Shown here: positions 8,546 to 17,168 of the stretch, piece by piece
Layout: every line of letters starts with the position of its first letter
How positions within the stretch are numbered: the stretch's first letter is position 1
Assembly (NCBI RefSeq): GCF_028368995.1
Contig: NZ_JAQNDL010000001.1
Location: forward strand, 992,001 to 1,056,000
Source: Nannocystis bainbridge
GTDB lineage: Bacteria > Myxococcota_A > Polyangia > Nannocystales > Nannocystaceae
Direction: 5' to 3'
DNA: 64,000 nt
Notes under the pieces: generated by a model
Databases searched by the model: none
The model's input: only the letters and a program-made list of their open reading frames with translations
Told to the model about the DNA's origin: nothing
Made by a program: the position numbers and the translations under genes

Positions 8546-9865
8546 ATGGACCGTCGTAATTTCTTCAAGCTCATGTCCCTCGCGGGCCTCGCGGCCGTGT
8601 CCCCGACCGTGTTCGCGGGCCGGCGCCCGGACACCCTCAAGAACCCCAACCTGCCGCCGCTCGCCGAGACCTACGGCGGCCCGCTGTGGGTGTTCCTCAA
8701 CGCCGGCGGCGGCTGGGACCCGACCTCGCTGTGCGATCCGAAGGGCGGCAAGGGCCCCGAGGACCCGGAGGCGATGAACCGGGCCTTCACCACCGACCAG
8801 ATCGAAGCCGCGGGCAACATCCGTTACCCGAACATCGGCACGATGGACAGCCCGACCGCGTACCAGGACTTCTTCCAGAAGCACTACAAGCGGCTGCGCG
8901 TGATCAACGGCCTCGACATGCAGTCGAACGGCCACGACAGCGGCTCGCGCCACTGCTGGTCGGGTCGCCTCGCCGAGGGCTACCCCAGCCTCGCCGCGCT
9001 GGTCGCCGCCGTGCACGGCCACGCCCTGCCGATGAGCTACCTCAGCTTCGGCGGCTACGACGACACGCAGGGCCAGGTCGCCCGCACGCGCTCGGGCAAC
9101 ACCGCCGCGCTGGCTCGCATCGCCTACCCCGACCGCGCCAACCCCGAGGACGAGACCAGCCTGTTCCACTCCCCGGTCGCCGGCGACCTGATCAAGAAGG
9201 CCCAGGAGGCGCGCAAGGAGCGGCTCCTCGCCACCGAGCAGCTGCCGCGCGTGCAGAACGCGATCGGCAACCTCTACGCCTCGCGCACCGGCAGCAACGA
9301 GCTGAAGAAGCTGCAGCAGTACCTGCCGGACATGCTCGACAACGGCCCGAACCCGCTGCGGCGCCAGATCCAGGTCGCGCTGGCCGCCTTCCGCGCCGGC
9401 ATCTCGATCTCCGTCAACCTCGACATCGGCGGCTTCGACACCCACGGCAACCACGACGACAGCCACATCCCGCGGCTGGCCCAGATCCTCGACGGCCTCG
9501 ATTTCCTGTGGAGCGAGTCCGAGGTGCAGGGCATCGGCGACAACTTCGTCGTCCTGTGCGGCTCCGACTTCGGCCGCACGCCCGGCTACAACGACACCAA
9601 CGGCAAGGACCACTGGGCCATCACCAGCCTCATGATGATGGGCAAGGGCATCAAGGGCGACAAGGTCATCGGCGCCTCCGACGACCGCCACAACGCCTTC
9701 AACTGGGACCCCAAGTCGCTCAAGCAGAGCGAGTCGGGCATCCACATCGAACCGCGCCACGTCCACGCCAACCTGCGGCGCCTGGCCGGCATCGACGGCC
9801 ACGACCTCATGAAGCAGTACCCGATCGCCATCGAAAAGGGCGACGAGATGGACCTCCTGGCCTGA
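8546..9865 (+). CDS. DUF1501 family Tat-exported protein (alkaline phosphatase/sulfatase-like fold)
   Basis: GGAGG RBS; Tat motif DRRNFFK; GGWDPT.LCDPK, GGFDTH, SDFGRTP...GKDHW. Confidence 0.88.
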   Translation: MDRRNFFKLMSLAGLAAVSPTVFAGRRPDTLKNPNLPPLAETYGGPLWVFLNAGGGWDPTSLCDPKGGKGPEDPEAMNRAFTTDQIEAAGNIRYPNIGTMDSPTAYQDFFQKHYKRLRVINGLDMQSNGHDSGSRHCWSGRLAEGYPSLAALVAAVHGHALPMSYLSFGGYDDTQGQVARTRSGNTAALARIAYPDRANPEDETSLFHSPVAGDLIKKAQEARKERLLATEQLPRVQNAIGNLYASRTGSNELKKLQQYLPDMLDNGPNPLRRQIQVALAAFRAGISISVNLDIGGFDTHGNHDDSHIPRLAQILDGLDFLWSESEVQGIGDNFVVLCGSDFGRTPGYNDTNGKDHWAITSLMMMGKGIKGDKVIGASDDRHNAFNWDPKSLKQSESGIHIEPRHVHANLRRLAGIDGHDLMKQYPIAIEKGDEMDLLA

Positions 9866-9890
9866 TCCTCCGGGCCCCGGCCCCCCCAGG

Positions 9891-9937
9891 CGCGAGCGGC
9901 GTCCAGCGAGCCTAGCGGGCTCCTGGAGCCGCTCGCG
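9891..9937 (+). terminator. Imperfect GC-rich stem-loop after the DUF1501 gene
   Basis: cgcgagcggc...gccgctcgcg arms with inner pairing, followed by gcgcttttgt. Confidence 0.5.
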
Positions 9938-10001
9938 GCGCTTTTGTGGGCCTGCCCGCGGCGCGGTGCGGCTGTGATAAGGTGACCGCTTACGGGAACC
10001 C

Positions 10002-11870
10002 ATGGCCACGCCGCAGCCGACCGCCTGCCTCCTCGTCCTCGCCCTCGCCGCGTGCCCTGGCGGTGACTCGCCCGGCGACTCTGCCACCGAGCCCGGGACC
10101 ACCGGCGGCGACGGCCCCACCACGACCTCGCCCGGCACCGACACCGACGCGCCGACCACCACCGGCGTCGACGGCTTCGGCCCCGAGCGGGAGTTCGTCC
10201 TCCGGCTCAACGACGACCCCGCGCCGCCGCTCAAGCTCAGCCTGAACAAGGCCGACGCCGCCGCGCTGTTCGGCGCCACCGCCGGCGAGATCAAGCTGCT
10301 CGACATCGAGTCGGGCACGCTGCTGAAGAACACCCTCGACACCATCAAGAGCGCCTGCGGCACCGGCTGGAAGGCCGACGACGCCGACCCGAAGCACGAC
10401 TGCTCGGGCACCGACTTCAAGGGCCCCGACAACACCTGGAAGACCAGCGCCGAGTACTCGCTGATCCGGATCCTCACCATGACCCCGGCCAACGCCAGGG
10501 TCGCCGGCACCTCGATCGCCGGCATGCAGGGCCTCGCCGACGGCCTCGGGATCGGCGGCGGCTTCAGCCAGATGCTCTCCGAGACCCTCGGCATCCAGCG
10601 CACCGAGGAGTTCATCACCACCCCGGAGCTGGTGGTCGCGCTCCAGCGCAACCTGCTCGCCACCCACCCGCACATCGGCGGCGACGGCAAGTCGCTGCCG
10701 CTCTACCTCGACGACGCGCTGCAGGACCTCACCACCCTCGCCACCAAGCTCGGGCCCACGGGCGACCACCCCGGCATCGTCGACCCCAGCTTCCCGATCA
10801 CCAGCGAGTGCCTCACCCCCGAGTTCGCCATGAACATCGAGGCCGAGAGCAACCTCCGCCTGCTCGACGGCATCGACCTGTCCGAAGGGAAAGATTACAT
10901 GTCGACCGTCGTCGACGTGGCCGGCCCGACCTTCGGCGACCCGCTCGAGTTCGACTTCAACGACCCGGCCAAGTTCTCGATCGTCGGCGTCGCCGACGCG
11001 CCGCGCGTCGACCTGCGCTTCGCCATCTCCGAGCACGACGACTTCATCAACTCGTGCGCCGGCGACCCCGCCTGCAAGCAGAACCTGCCGGAGAACGTCG
11101 ACCTGGTGAAGGCGACCTGGCCCGGCTCGGCGTGGGCCATCGACCCGTGGCTGCTCGAGAGCGTGATCGTGGCCGGCGGGCGCGAGAAGTACAAAAACCG
11201 CATCTTCGACAAGTGCTACGAGGTGCTGTTCTCCTGCAACCTCGGCGCCCACGTCTACGTCGGCCCCGACCCGCCCGGCTGGGCCCTGTTCGACATCTTC
11301 CTCAACCTCGGCAACCCGCCCAAGGACCAGTACGTCTGGGAGCTGATCAACGAGGTCGCCCAGATCGCCCTGCACACCCCGCCGAACATCGCCATCCCCG
11401 AGGGCTCGGCCGACGTCGCCTTTACCCTGCGCGACATCGACATCGGCGTCACCGGCCCGCAGATCGCCGAGTCGGTGCGGCCCTACTTGCAGGCGCAGGC
11501 GCCCAAGATCGCCGACCTGCTGCTCGGCGACTACTGGAAGAACAACGGCCCCGTCGACTTCTACTACCGCCGCGGCGGCGACGGCCTGCCCTACCTGTTC
11601 TACGTCGCGCCCGACGACCTGCCGCCGAACGCCGAGTACAAGCACCCCAACCCCGGCTTCTTCACCTGTCCCGAAGTACAGCCGAGCTGCAAGGCCTCGG
11701 CGACCGAGCTCGCCGGCGCCGGCGACGACATCCGCGAGAAGGTGCGCCTCGACGCCGGCGAGACCGTCCTCTACGTCCAGGACGACGCCGGCGTCCTTTA
11801 CCGCGCCCGCTTCCTCGTGCCCGAGGGCGACGCCAAGGAGATCACCGTGCGCGTCGCCGCCTTCGAGTGA
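10002..11870 (+). CDS. Hypothetical lipoprotein, co-oriented with the cytochrome/DUF1501 genes
   Basis: LALAAC lipobox, Thr/Gly linker, 622 aa, strong GC3 bias. Confidence 0.85.
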   Translation: MATPQPTACLLVLALAACPGGDSPGDSATEPGTTGGDGPTTTSPGTDTDAPTTTGVDGFGPEREFVLRLNDDPAPPLKLSLNKADAAALFGATAGEIKLLDIESGTLLKNTLDTIKSACGTGWKADDADPKHDCSGTDFKGPDNTWKTSAEYSLIRILTMTPANARVAGTSIAGMQGLADGLGIGGGFSQMLSETLGIQRTEEFITTPELVVALQRNLLATHPHIGGDGKSLPLYLDDALQDLTTLATKLGPTGDHPGIVDPSFPITSECLTPEFAMNIEAESNLRLLDGIDLSEGKDYMSTVVDVAGPTFGDPLEFDFNDPAKFSIVGVADAPRVDLRFAISEHDDFINSCAGDPACKQNLPENVDLVKATWPGSAWAIDPWLLESVIVAGGREKYKNRIFDKCYEVLFSCNLGAHVYVGPDPPGWALFDIFLNLGNPPKDQYVWELINEVAQIALHTPPNIAIPEGSADVAFTLRDIDIGVTGPQIAESVRPYLQAQAPKIADLLLGDYWKNNGPVDFYYRRGGDGLPYLFYVAPDDLPPNAEYKHPNPGFFTCPEVQPSCKASATELAGAGDDIREKVRLDAGETVLYVQDDAGVLYRARFLVPEGDAKEITVRVAAFE

Positions 11871-11891
11871 GCCCGGCGCGCCCCGGCCGGC

Positions 11892-12500
11892 TCACGCGCC
11901 GATGCGCGCCATCCGGTCGTACGCCTTCTGGCCGTCGTAGTGTGAGACCAGCCGGCGCAGCGCGTCCTCGAACAGCGTCTGCAGGGCCGGCTGCGTCGAG
12001 TTGGTGGCCGCGATCGGCACCGTGCTCTCGGCCGTGCCCTGGTAGATGAACGCGTCGGCCGGGGCCCCGTAGGCGCGGATGCGGAAGCTCCATTGCATGC
12101 GCACGTACACCCCCGAGGGCGTGCCCGGGCCGCGCGTGCCCACGAAGCTCGACAGCGAGTTCACCAGCACCTCGCCGGTGAGGAAGATCCCGCTCGGCGC
12201 CGGCAGCGACGGCGGCCCCACGGTCACCGTCGAGAACAGCTGCGTCATCGTGCGCTGCAGGTCGCGCTCGACGAACGTGTGAAGCCCGTCGACCTCGATC
12301 GGCTTCACCCCCGGCCCCAGCGCCGTCATCGTGTCGGGCAGCTTGGCCGGGTCGAGGATGATGAACAGCGGGTGCTCGATCCGCCGCAGCTCGCCGGGCT
12401 GGGGGATCTTCGTCTCCATCTCGGCGACGTGCACCGGCTGCATCGAACAGCCGGCCAGGGCCAGGGCCAGAGCCAACAGGGTCGGTCGGAGCGGACGCAT
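11892..12500 (-). CDS. Hypothetical lipoprotein
   Basis: MRPLRPTLLALALALAGC lipobox; TAGCCT 8 nt upstream of the start. Confidence 0.75.
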   Translation of the reverse strand: MRPLRPTLLALALALAGCSMQPVHVAEMETKIPQPGELRRIEHPLFIILDPAKLPDTMTALGPGVKPIEVDGLHTFVERDLQRTMTQLFSTVTVGPPSLPAPSGIFLTGEVLVNSLSSFVGTRGPGTPSGVYVRMQWSFRIRAYGAPADAFIYQGTAESTVPIAATNSTQPALQTLFEDALRRLVSHYDGQKAYDRMARIGA

Positions 12501-12619
12501 GACCGGAGAGGCTAACAGATCCTGCCCGCGCGGTCGCATTCGCCGCCGGCCCTCCGGCGCGGCGCGACCAAAACAAGAAGGCCAGGGGTCTTTTGGACCT
12601 CTGGCCTTCTATTTTCCTG

Positions 12620-12692
12620 TGAGCCCGGTAGGAATCGAACCTACAACCCAGGGATTAAGAGTCCCTTGCTCTACCAATTGAGCTACGAGCCC
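12620..12692 (-). tRNA. tRNA-Lys(CTT), CCA not encoded
   Basis: Reverse complement GGGCTCGTAGCTCAATTGGTAGAGC-AAGGGA-CTCTTAA-TCCCT-GGGTT-GTAGGTTCGATTCCTAC-CGGGCTCA folds as a cloverleaf with anticodon CTT. Confidence 0.96.
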
Positions 12693-12890
12693 GAACGGGC
12701 CCCCCTTCTACACGATCCCCATGGGGACGCAAGAGGTATTTTCGCCGCGAGCGAGGCCTGTTCCCCCCTACGGCGCGCGGAATAGCGACGAACCGGCCCC
12801 TGTTCATGCTTCTGGAGCCTTTCTCCGAGGAACCGACCGAAAAACCGTGCGCTGACGCATGGACCGCGGCCGCCCATCTGACCCTTCGCC

Positions 12891-13700
12891 ATGCGCCAAC
12901 CCCGACCTTTCTTCGCCCTCCTATCCCTCATTTTGGCCTGCGGCCCCGACAATTCCGGCGGCTCCGACACCGAGCCCCTCCCTGAAACCGGGGGCGACGC
13001 CACCGGCACCGCCCCCGCCGAATGTCCGGCGGACCTCGAGCCTTTCGCCAGCCCCGACGCGTACGCCGAGACACTCGCGCAGGCCACCTGCGCCAAGCTC
13101 GCGGCCTGCGACTGCACCGAAGTGCCGGACACCTGCGTCGCCGACCACACCGAGGTCAACCGCGGCCGCAACGCCGTCTACCTCGCGGCCGGCAGCGTGT
13201 TCGACCCGCTATGCGCCCGCAAGCTGGTCCTGCGCCACGAGTGGACCGCCTGCGGCCTCGACTCGGCCGACCCGTGCGGCTTCTGCGAAGACTTCGTCGG
13301 CACCCGCGCCGAGGGCGACGCATGCCAGCTCATCGCCGGCACCGTCGACCCGTGCGGCCCCCGCCTGTTCTGCAACGGCGGCACCTGCACGGGCCCCGTG
13401 CCCTGGCTCGGCGAGGACGCCCCCTGCCGCGACGGCGACGTGGCGCTCGGCGCCTGCGAGGCCGACCTGCTCTGCGACTTCGACCAGGACATCTGCGTGC
13501 CCGTGCCGAAGCTCGGCGAACCCTGCCGCGACCTGATCTGCGGCCCAGGCGCGTGGTGCAGCACCAGCGACAGCCCCACCGGCGTGTGCCTGGCGACCCG
13601 CCCCGGCGGCGGCCCCTGCAGCCACCCGATCCAGTGCGAGAGCCGCGTCTGCGAGCAGAGCGTCTGCAGCGACGAGCCCCTGTACTGCCTGTACCGCTGA
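12891..13700 (+). CDS. Cys-rich lipoprotein (Dickkopf-like myxobacterial Cys repeats)
   Basis: LILAC lipobox; repeated GDAC/GEPC...C.PG..C units. Confidence 0.8.
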   Translation: MRQPRPFFALLSLILACGPDNSGGSDTEPLPETGGDATGTAPAECPADLEPFASPDAYAETLAQATCAKLAACDCTEVPDTCVADHTEVNRGRNAVYLAAGSVFDPLCARKLVLRHEWTACGLDSADPCGFCEDFVGTRAEGDACQLIAGTVDPCGPRLFCNGGTCTGPVPWLGEDAPCRDGDVALGACEADLLCDFDQDICVPVPKLGEPCRDLICGPGAWCSTSDSPTGVCLATRPGGGPCSHPIQCESRVCEQSVCSDEPLYCLYR

Positions 13701-13793
13701 ACGAGGCCGCTCCGCGCCCGCTCCCGAGCGCGGAGCGTCCCCGCCTCCGCGTCGGCCCACGACCCTGGCCGGCGCATCGCGTACCATCGCCGC

Positions 13794-14009
13794 ATGTCGC
13801 CCGTGGCGCATCAGCGGCTGTTCGCCGTCCTCACGGCCGCGCTGATCGTCCTCCACATCGACCCCTGGAACGCCGGCCCCGGCCCGCTCCTGTTCGGCTG
13901 GTTGCCGTGGGACCTCGCCTACCACCTGGCGTGGATGGCCGCAGGCACCCTCCTGGTGCTCTACATGACCTCGCGCGCGATCTGGCCCGACGACCCGGAC
14001 GACCCATGA
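13794..14009 (+). CDS. Small two-TM membrane protein (DUF3311-like SSS partner)
   Basis: LH.DPW...PLLFGWLP..LAYH..W; lies directly upstream of a solute symporter. Confidence 0.75.
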   Translation: MSPVAHQRLFAVLTAALIVLHIDPWNAGPGPLLFGWLPWDLAYHLAWMAAGTLLVLYMTSRAIWPDDPDDP

Positions 14010-14094
14010 CCGCGCACATGTCCCCAAGGACATATAACATGTCCGAAAGACCATCCCCGTTCGCTCCCGGGACGCCGCGCCCGCAGGACCGTCC

Positions 14095-15558
14095 ATGAGC
14101 TCGCTCGCCGCGATCGGCCTGGTCGTCGCCGTCTACCTCGCGATCACCCTCGTGATCGGCGTCGTCGCCTATCGCCGCACCGCCGGCACCCCCGAGGACT
14201 ATTTCCTCGGCGGTCGGGCTGCTCGCACCTTCGTCCTCTTCATGGCCCTGTTCGGCACCAACGTCACCCCGTTCGTGCTGCTCGGCATCCCCGGCCTCGC
14301 CTATCACCAGGGCGTCGCCGTGTTCGGCCTCAACGCCGCGATCGTCGGCCTCGGCATCCCGCTCACCTTCTACTTGATCGGTGAACCTGCCCGGCGCGCC
14401 GCCCGTCGCCTCGGCGCCATCACCCCGGCCGAGCTCTACGCCGAGCGGCTCGCCTCGCCCGCGGTCGGCCTGGCCCTGTTCGCCGCCTTCTTCCTCTACA
14501 CCCTCCCGTACATGGTCACCGCGGTGATCGGCGCCGGCCTCACCGCCGAGGTCCTGACCGACGGCCACCTGTCCTTTGGAGCAGCCGCCGCCCTCATCCT
14601 CGCCATCACGATCGCCTACACCGCGCTCGGCGGCATGCGGGCCACCATGTGGACCAACGTGTTTCAGGGCGCGACCTTCCTCGGCTTCATCGTCGCCGCC
14701 TTCTTCCTGATCGCCGACCGCCTCGGGGGCTTCGCCGCCGCCACCACCGCCGTACAGGCACGCGCCCCGCACCTGCTCGAGAAGACCACCGCCGGCGCCT
14801 TCGCCCCCGGTCCGTGGGCCTCGTGGGCGCTGGCCATCTCGCTGACCGTGATCGCCTTCCCGCACATGCTCGTGCGGGTGTTCGCCGCCCGCGACGCGAC
14901 CGCGCTCAAGAACGTGTGCCGCCTCTACCCCGTCGTGCTGGTGGTTCTGTGGCTGCCCGCGGTCCTGTTCGGCGTGTGGGGTGCCGCCGAGATCGGCGGC
15001 CTCCAGGGCAAGGCCAGCGACGCCATCTTCCCGCTGCTGGTCGCGCGTCACCTCGGACCTGTCCTTCAGGGCATGGCGCTCGCCGGCGTGCTCGCGGCCG
15101 TGATGTCGACCCTCGACGCCCAGCTGCTCACCCTCTCCTCGATGCTCACCCGCGACGTCCTGCGCCGCCTCCTGCCCGGCCTCGCCCCCGCGCGCGAGGT
15201 CGTGGCCGCGCGGCTGTTCACGCTCGCGCTCTCGGCGGCCGTGTTCGTCCTCGTGCTCGCGCGCCCGGCCTCGCTGTTCGACATCGCCGCCTTCAGCTTC
15301 TCCGGCTACGTCACCCTCACCCCCACCCTGCTGCTCGGCGTCCGCTGGCGCCGCTTCACCGCCGCCGGCGCCATCGCCTCGATCGCCGCCGGCAACCTCG
15401 CCCTCGCCCTCGCCTTCGCCGGCATCCTGCCCGCGCCCTTCGGCGTCCTCCCGGTCGCCTGGGGTCTGGTCGCGGCCATCGCCGGCGCCCTCGTCGGCTC
15501 CGCGCTGTCCCGGCCTCCGCCCGCGCACGTGATCACCCGCGCCCTCGGCCCCGCGTGA
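14095..15558 (+). CDS. Sodium:solute symporter family protein
   Basis: EDYFLGGR, YTALGGMRATMWTNVFQ, AAVMSTLDAQLL; about 13 hydrophobic segments. Confidence 0.92.
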   Translation: MSSLAAIGLVVAVYLAITLVIGVVAYRRTAGTPEDYFLGGRAARTFVLFMALFGTNVTPFVLLGIPGLAYHQGVAVFGLNAAIVGLGIPLTFYLIGEPARRAARRLGAITPAELYAERLASPAVGLALFAAFFLYTLPYMVTAVIGAGLTAEVLTDGHLSFGAAAALILAITIAYTALGGMRATMWTNVFQGATFLGFIVAAFFLIADRLGGFAAATTAVQARAPHLLEKTTAGAFAPGPWASWALAISLTVIAFPHMLVRVFAARDATALKNVCRLYPVVLVVLWLPAVLFGVWGAAEIGGLQGKASDAIFPLLVARHLGPVLQGMALAGVLAAVMSTLDAQLLTLSSMLTRDVLRRLLPGLAPAREVVAARLFTLALSAAVFVLVLARPASLFDIAAFSFSGYVTLTPTLLLGVRWRRFTAAGAIASIAAGNLALALAFAGILPAPFGVLPVAWGLVAAIAGALVGSALSRPPPAHVITRALGPA

Positions 15559-15732
15559 GGCCCTCGAGGACCGCGCTTGCCCTTCCGCCTCGTCCTCGCG
15601 GCCTGTCGCGCACACGATCGCCCGCGCTCTCGACCGCCGCTCGGGCCCCTCGCGCCGCACCACGCTCCTGTCAACCGCCGGTCCCAGGGACGTCAGACGG
15701 CCAGCCGCGCCCGCCCGGCGTATGCTGCCCTG

Positions 15733-17004
15733 GTGAAGCCGCGCGTCCTCGTCGCCCTCCTCGTCGGCTGCACCCCGACCGCGCCCGCCGGCAGCGACGG
15801 CGCGCCTGACAGCGCCGGCACCACGAGCACTTCGGGACATGTCCCCGGGACCAGCTCCGGATCGCCGACCTCGACGACGACCACCACCAGCACCGCCGAG
15901 CCGACCACCAGCACCACCGGCACCACCGGTCCCGTCGCCATGTGCGGCGACGGCCTGCGTCAACCCGGCGAGTTCTGCTTCGCCCCTGGCGTCCGCCTGT
16001 CGACCGGCCCGCGCCCCGTCGCCGTGGCGATCGCCGACCTCGATCACGACGGCGACCTCGACCTCCTGCTCGCCGACTTCGAGGCCGGCGAGCTGACCCT
16101 TCAGACAGGTGACGGCAGCGGCCAGTTCGTCGCTGGCCCGTCCCTCCCGACCTTCCTCCGCCCGCGCGACGCCCTCGCCGGCGACTTCGACGGTGACGGC
16201 CGCCTCGACCTCGCATTCGCCGACCCGGGCCTCGGCCTCGTCGGCGTCTACCGCCACGTCGGCCCCGGCCTCGCCTACGCCCCGCCGCAGCCGGTCAAGG
16301 CCGGCATACAGCCGCGGGCCCTCGCCGCCGCCGACCTCGACGACGACGGCTTGCTCGACCTCGCCGTCGCCGACGAGGCCGGCGACGCCGTGCTCGTCCT
16401 GCTCGGCGCCGGCGGCGGCGAGTTCGCGGACGCCGTCGTCTACCCTGTCGGCGACGAGCCCTACGACGTCGTCATCGCCGATGTCGATCACAACGGCCGC
16501 CTCGACCTCGTCAGCGCCGACCAGAACCAGGCCCGCGTCACCATCCTCCTGGCCGATGGGACAGGTGCCTTCGTCGACGCCGGGCAGCAGTTCGTCAACC
16601 CCGAGCCGCGCCGCCTCGTCGCCGCCGACCTCAACCTCGACGGCCTGCTCGACCTCGCGACCGCCAGCTTCACCGCCGATCACCTGTCGATCCTGCCCGG
16701 CCAGGGCGACGGCGAGTTCGGCGAGTACATCCCGATCGCCCTCGGCGAGGGCCTCTACGCGGTGATCGGCGCCGACCTCGACGGCGACGGCCCGCCCGAG
16801 CTCGTCGCAGTCGACCACACCCGGGGCGAGCTCGTCGTCATCGCCGGCCTCGGCCTGCAGGACATCATCACGATCGCGCGCTTCGAGATCGGCGCCGGGC
16901 CGATGGACCTCGCCGCTGCCGACCTCGACGGTGACGGTGCGCTCGACATCGTCACCGCGGACGCCTTCGGCGCCGGCGCGACCGTGCTCCTCGCCGATCC
17001 GTGA
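15733..17004 (+). CDS. FG-GAP/VCBS repeat lipoprotein
   Basis: Seven ADLDGDGxLDL repeats; LLVGC lipobox; TATGCT 6 nt before GTG. Confidence 0.88.
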   Translation: MKPRVLVALLVGCTPTAPAGSDGAPDSAGTTSTSGHVPGTSSGSPTSTTTTTSTAEPTTSTTGTTGPVAMCGDGLRQPGEFCFAPGVRLSTGPRPVAVAIADLDHDGDLDLLLADFEAGELTLQTGDGSGQFVAGPSLPTFLRPRDALAGDFDGDGRLDLAFADPGLGLVGVYRHVGPGLAYAPPQPVKAGIQPRALAAADLDDDGLLDLAVADEAGDAVLVLLGAGGGEFADAVVYPVGDEPYDVVIADVDHNGRLDLVSADQNQARVTILLADGTGAFVDAGQQFVNPEPRRLVAADLNLDGLLDLATASFTADHLSILPGQGDGEFGEYIPIALGEGLYAVIGADLDGDGPPELVAVDHTRGELVVIAGLGLQDIITIARFEIGAGPMDLAAADLDGDGALDIVTADAFGAGATVLLADP

Positions 17005-17168
17005 TCGGCCGGCCGCGGGCCGACAACCGACCTCGAAGCAGGTTCCCGGGCGCTCCGCAGGTCGTCGCCGACACCTGCTTCCCCGCACTTCCACGCGAAG
17101 TTTTTTTGCCGCGAGGAACCGGGGGCCATCGCCCCTGTCTCGGCCCCCGTCGATTTCGGAGAGCCGTC

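Noticed and set aside
12560-12890. tRNA-Lys as an island integration site
   Set aside because: No integrase and no duplicated tRNA 3' end was seen elsewhere in the window
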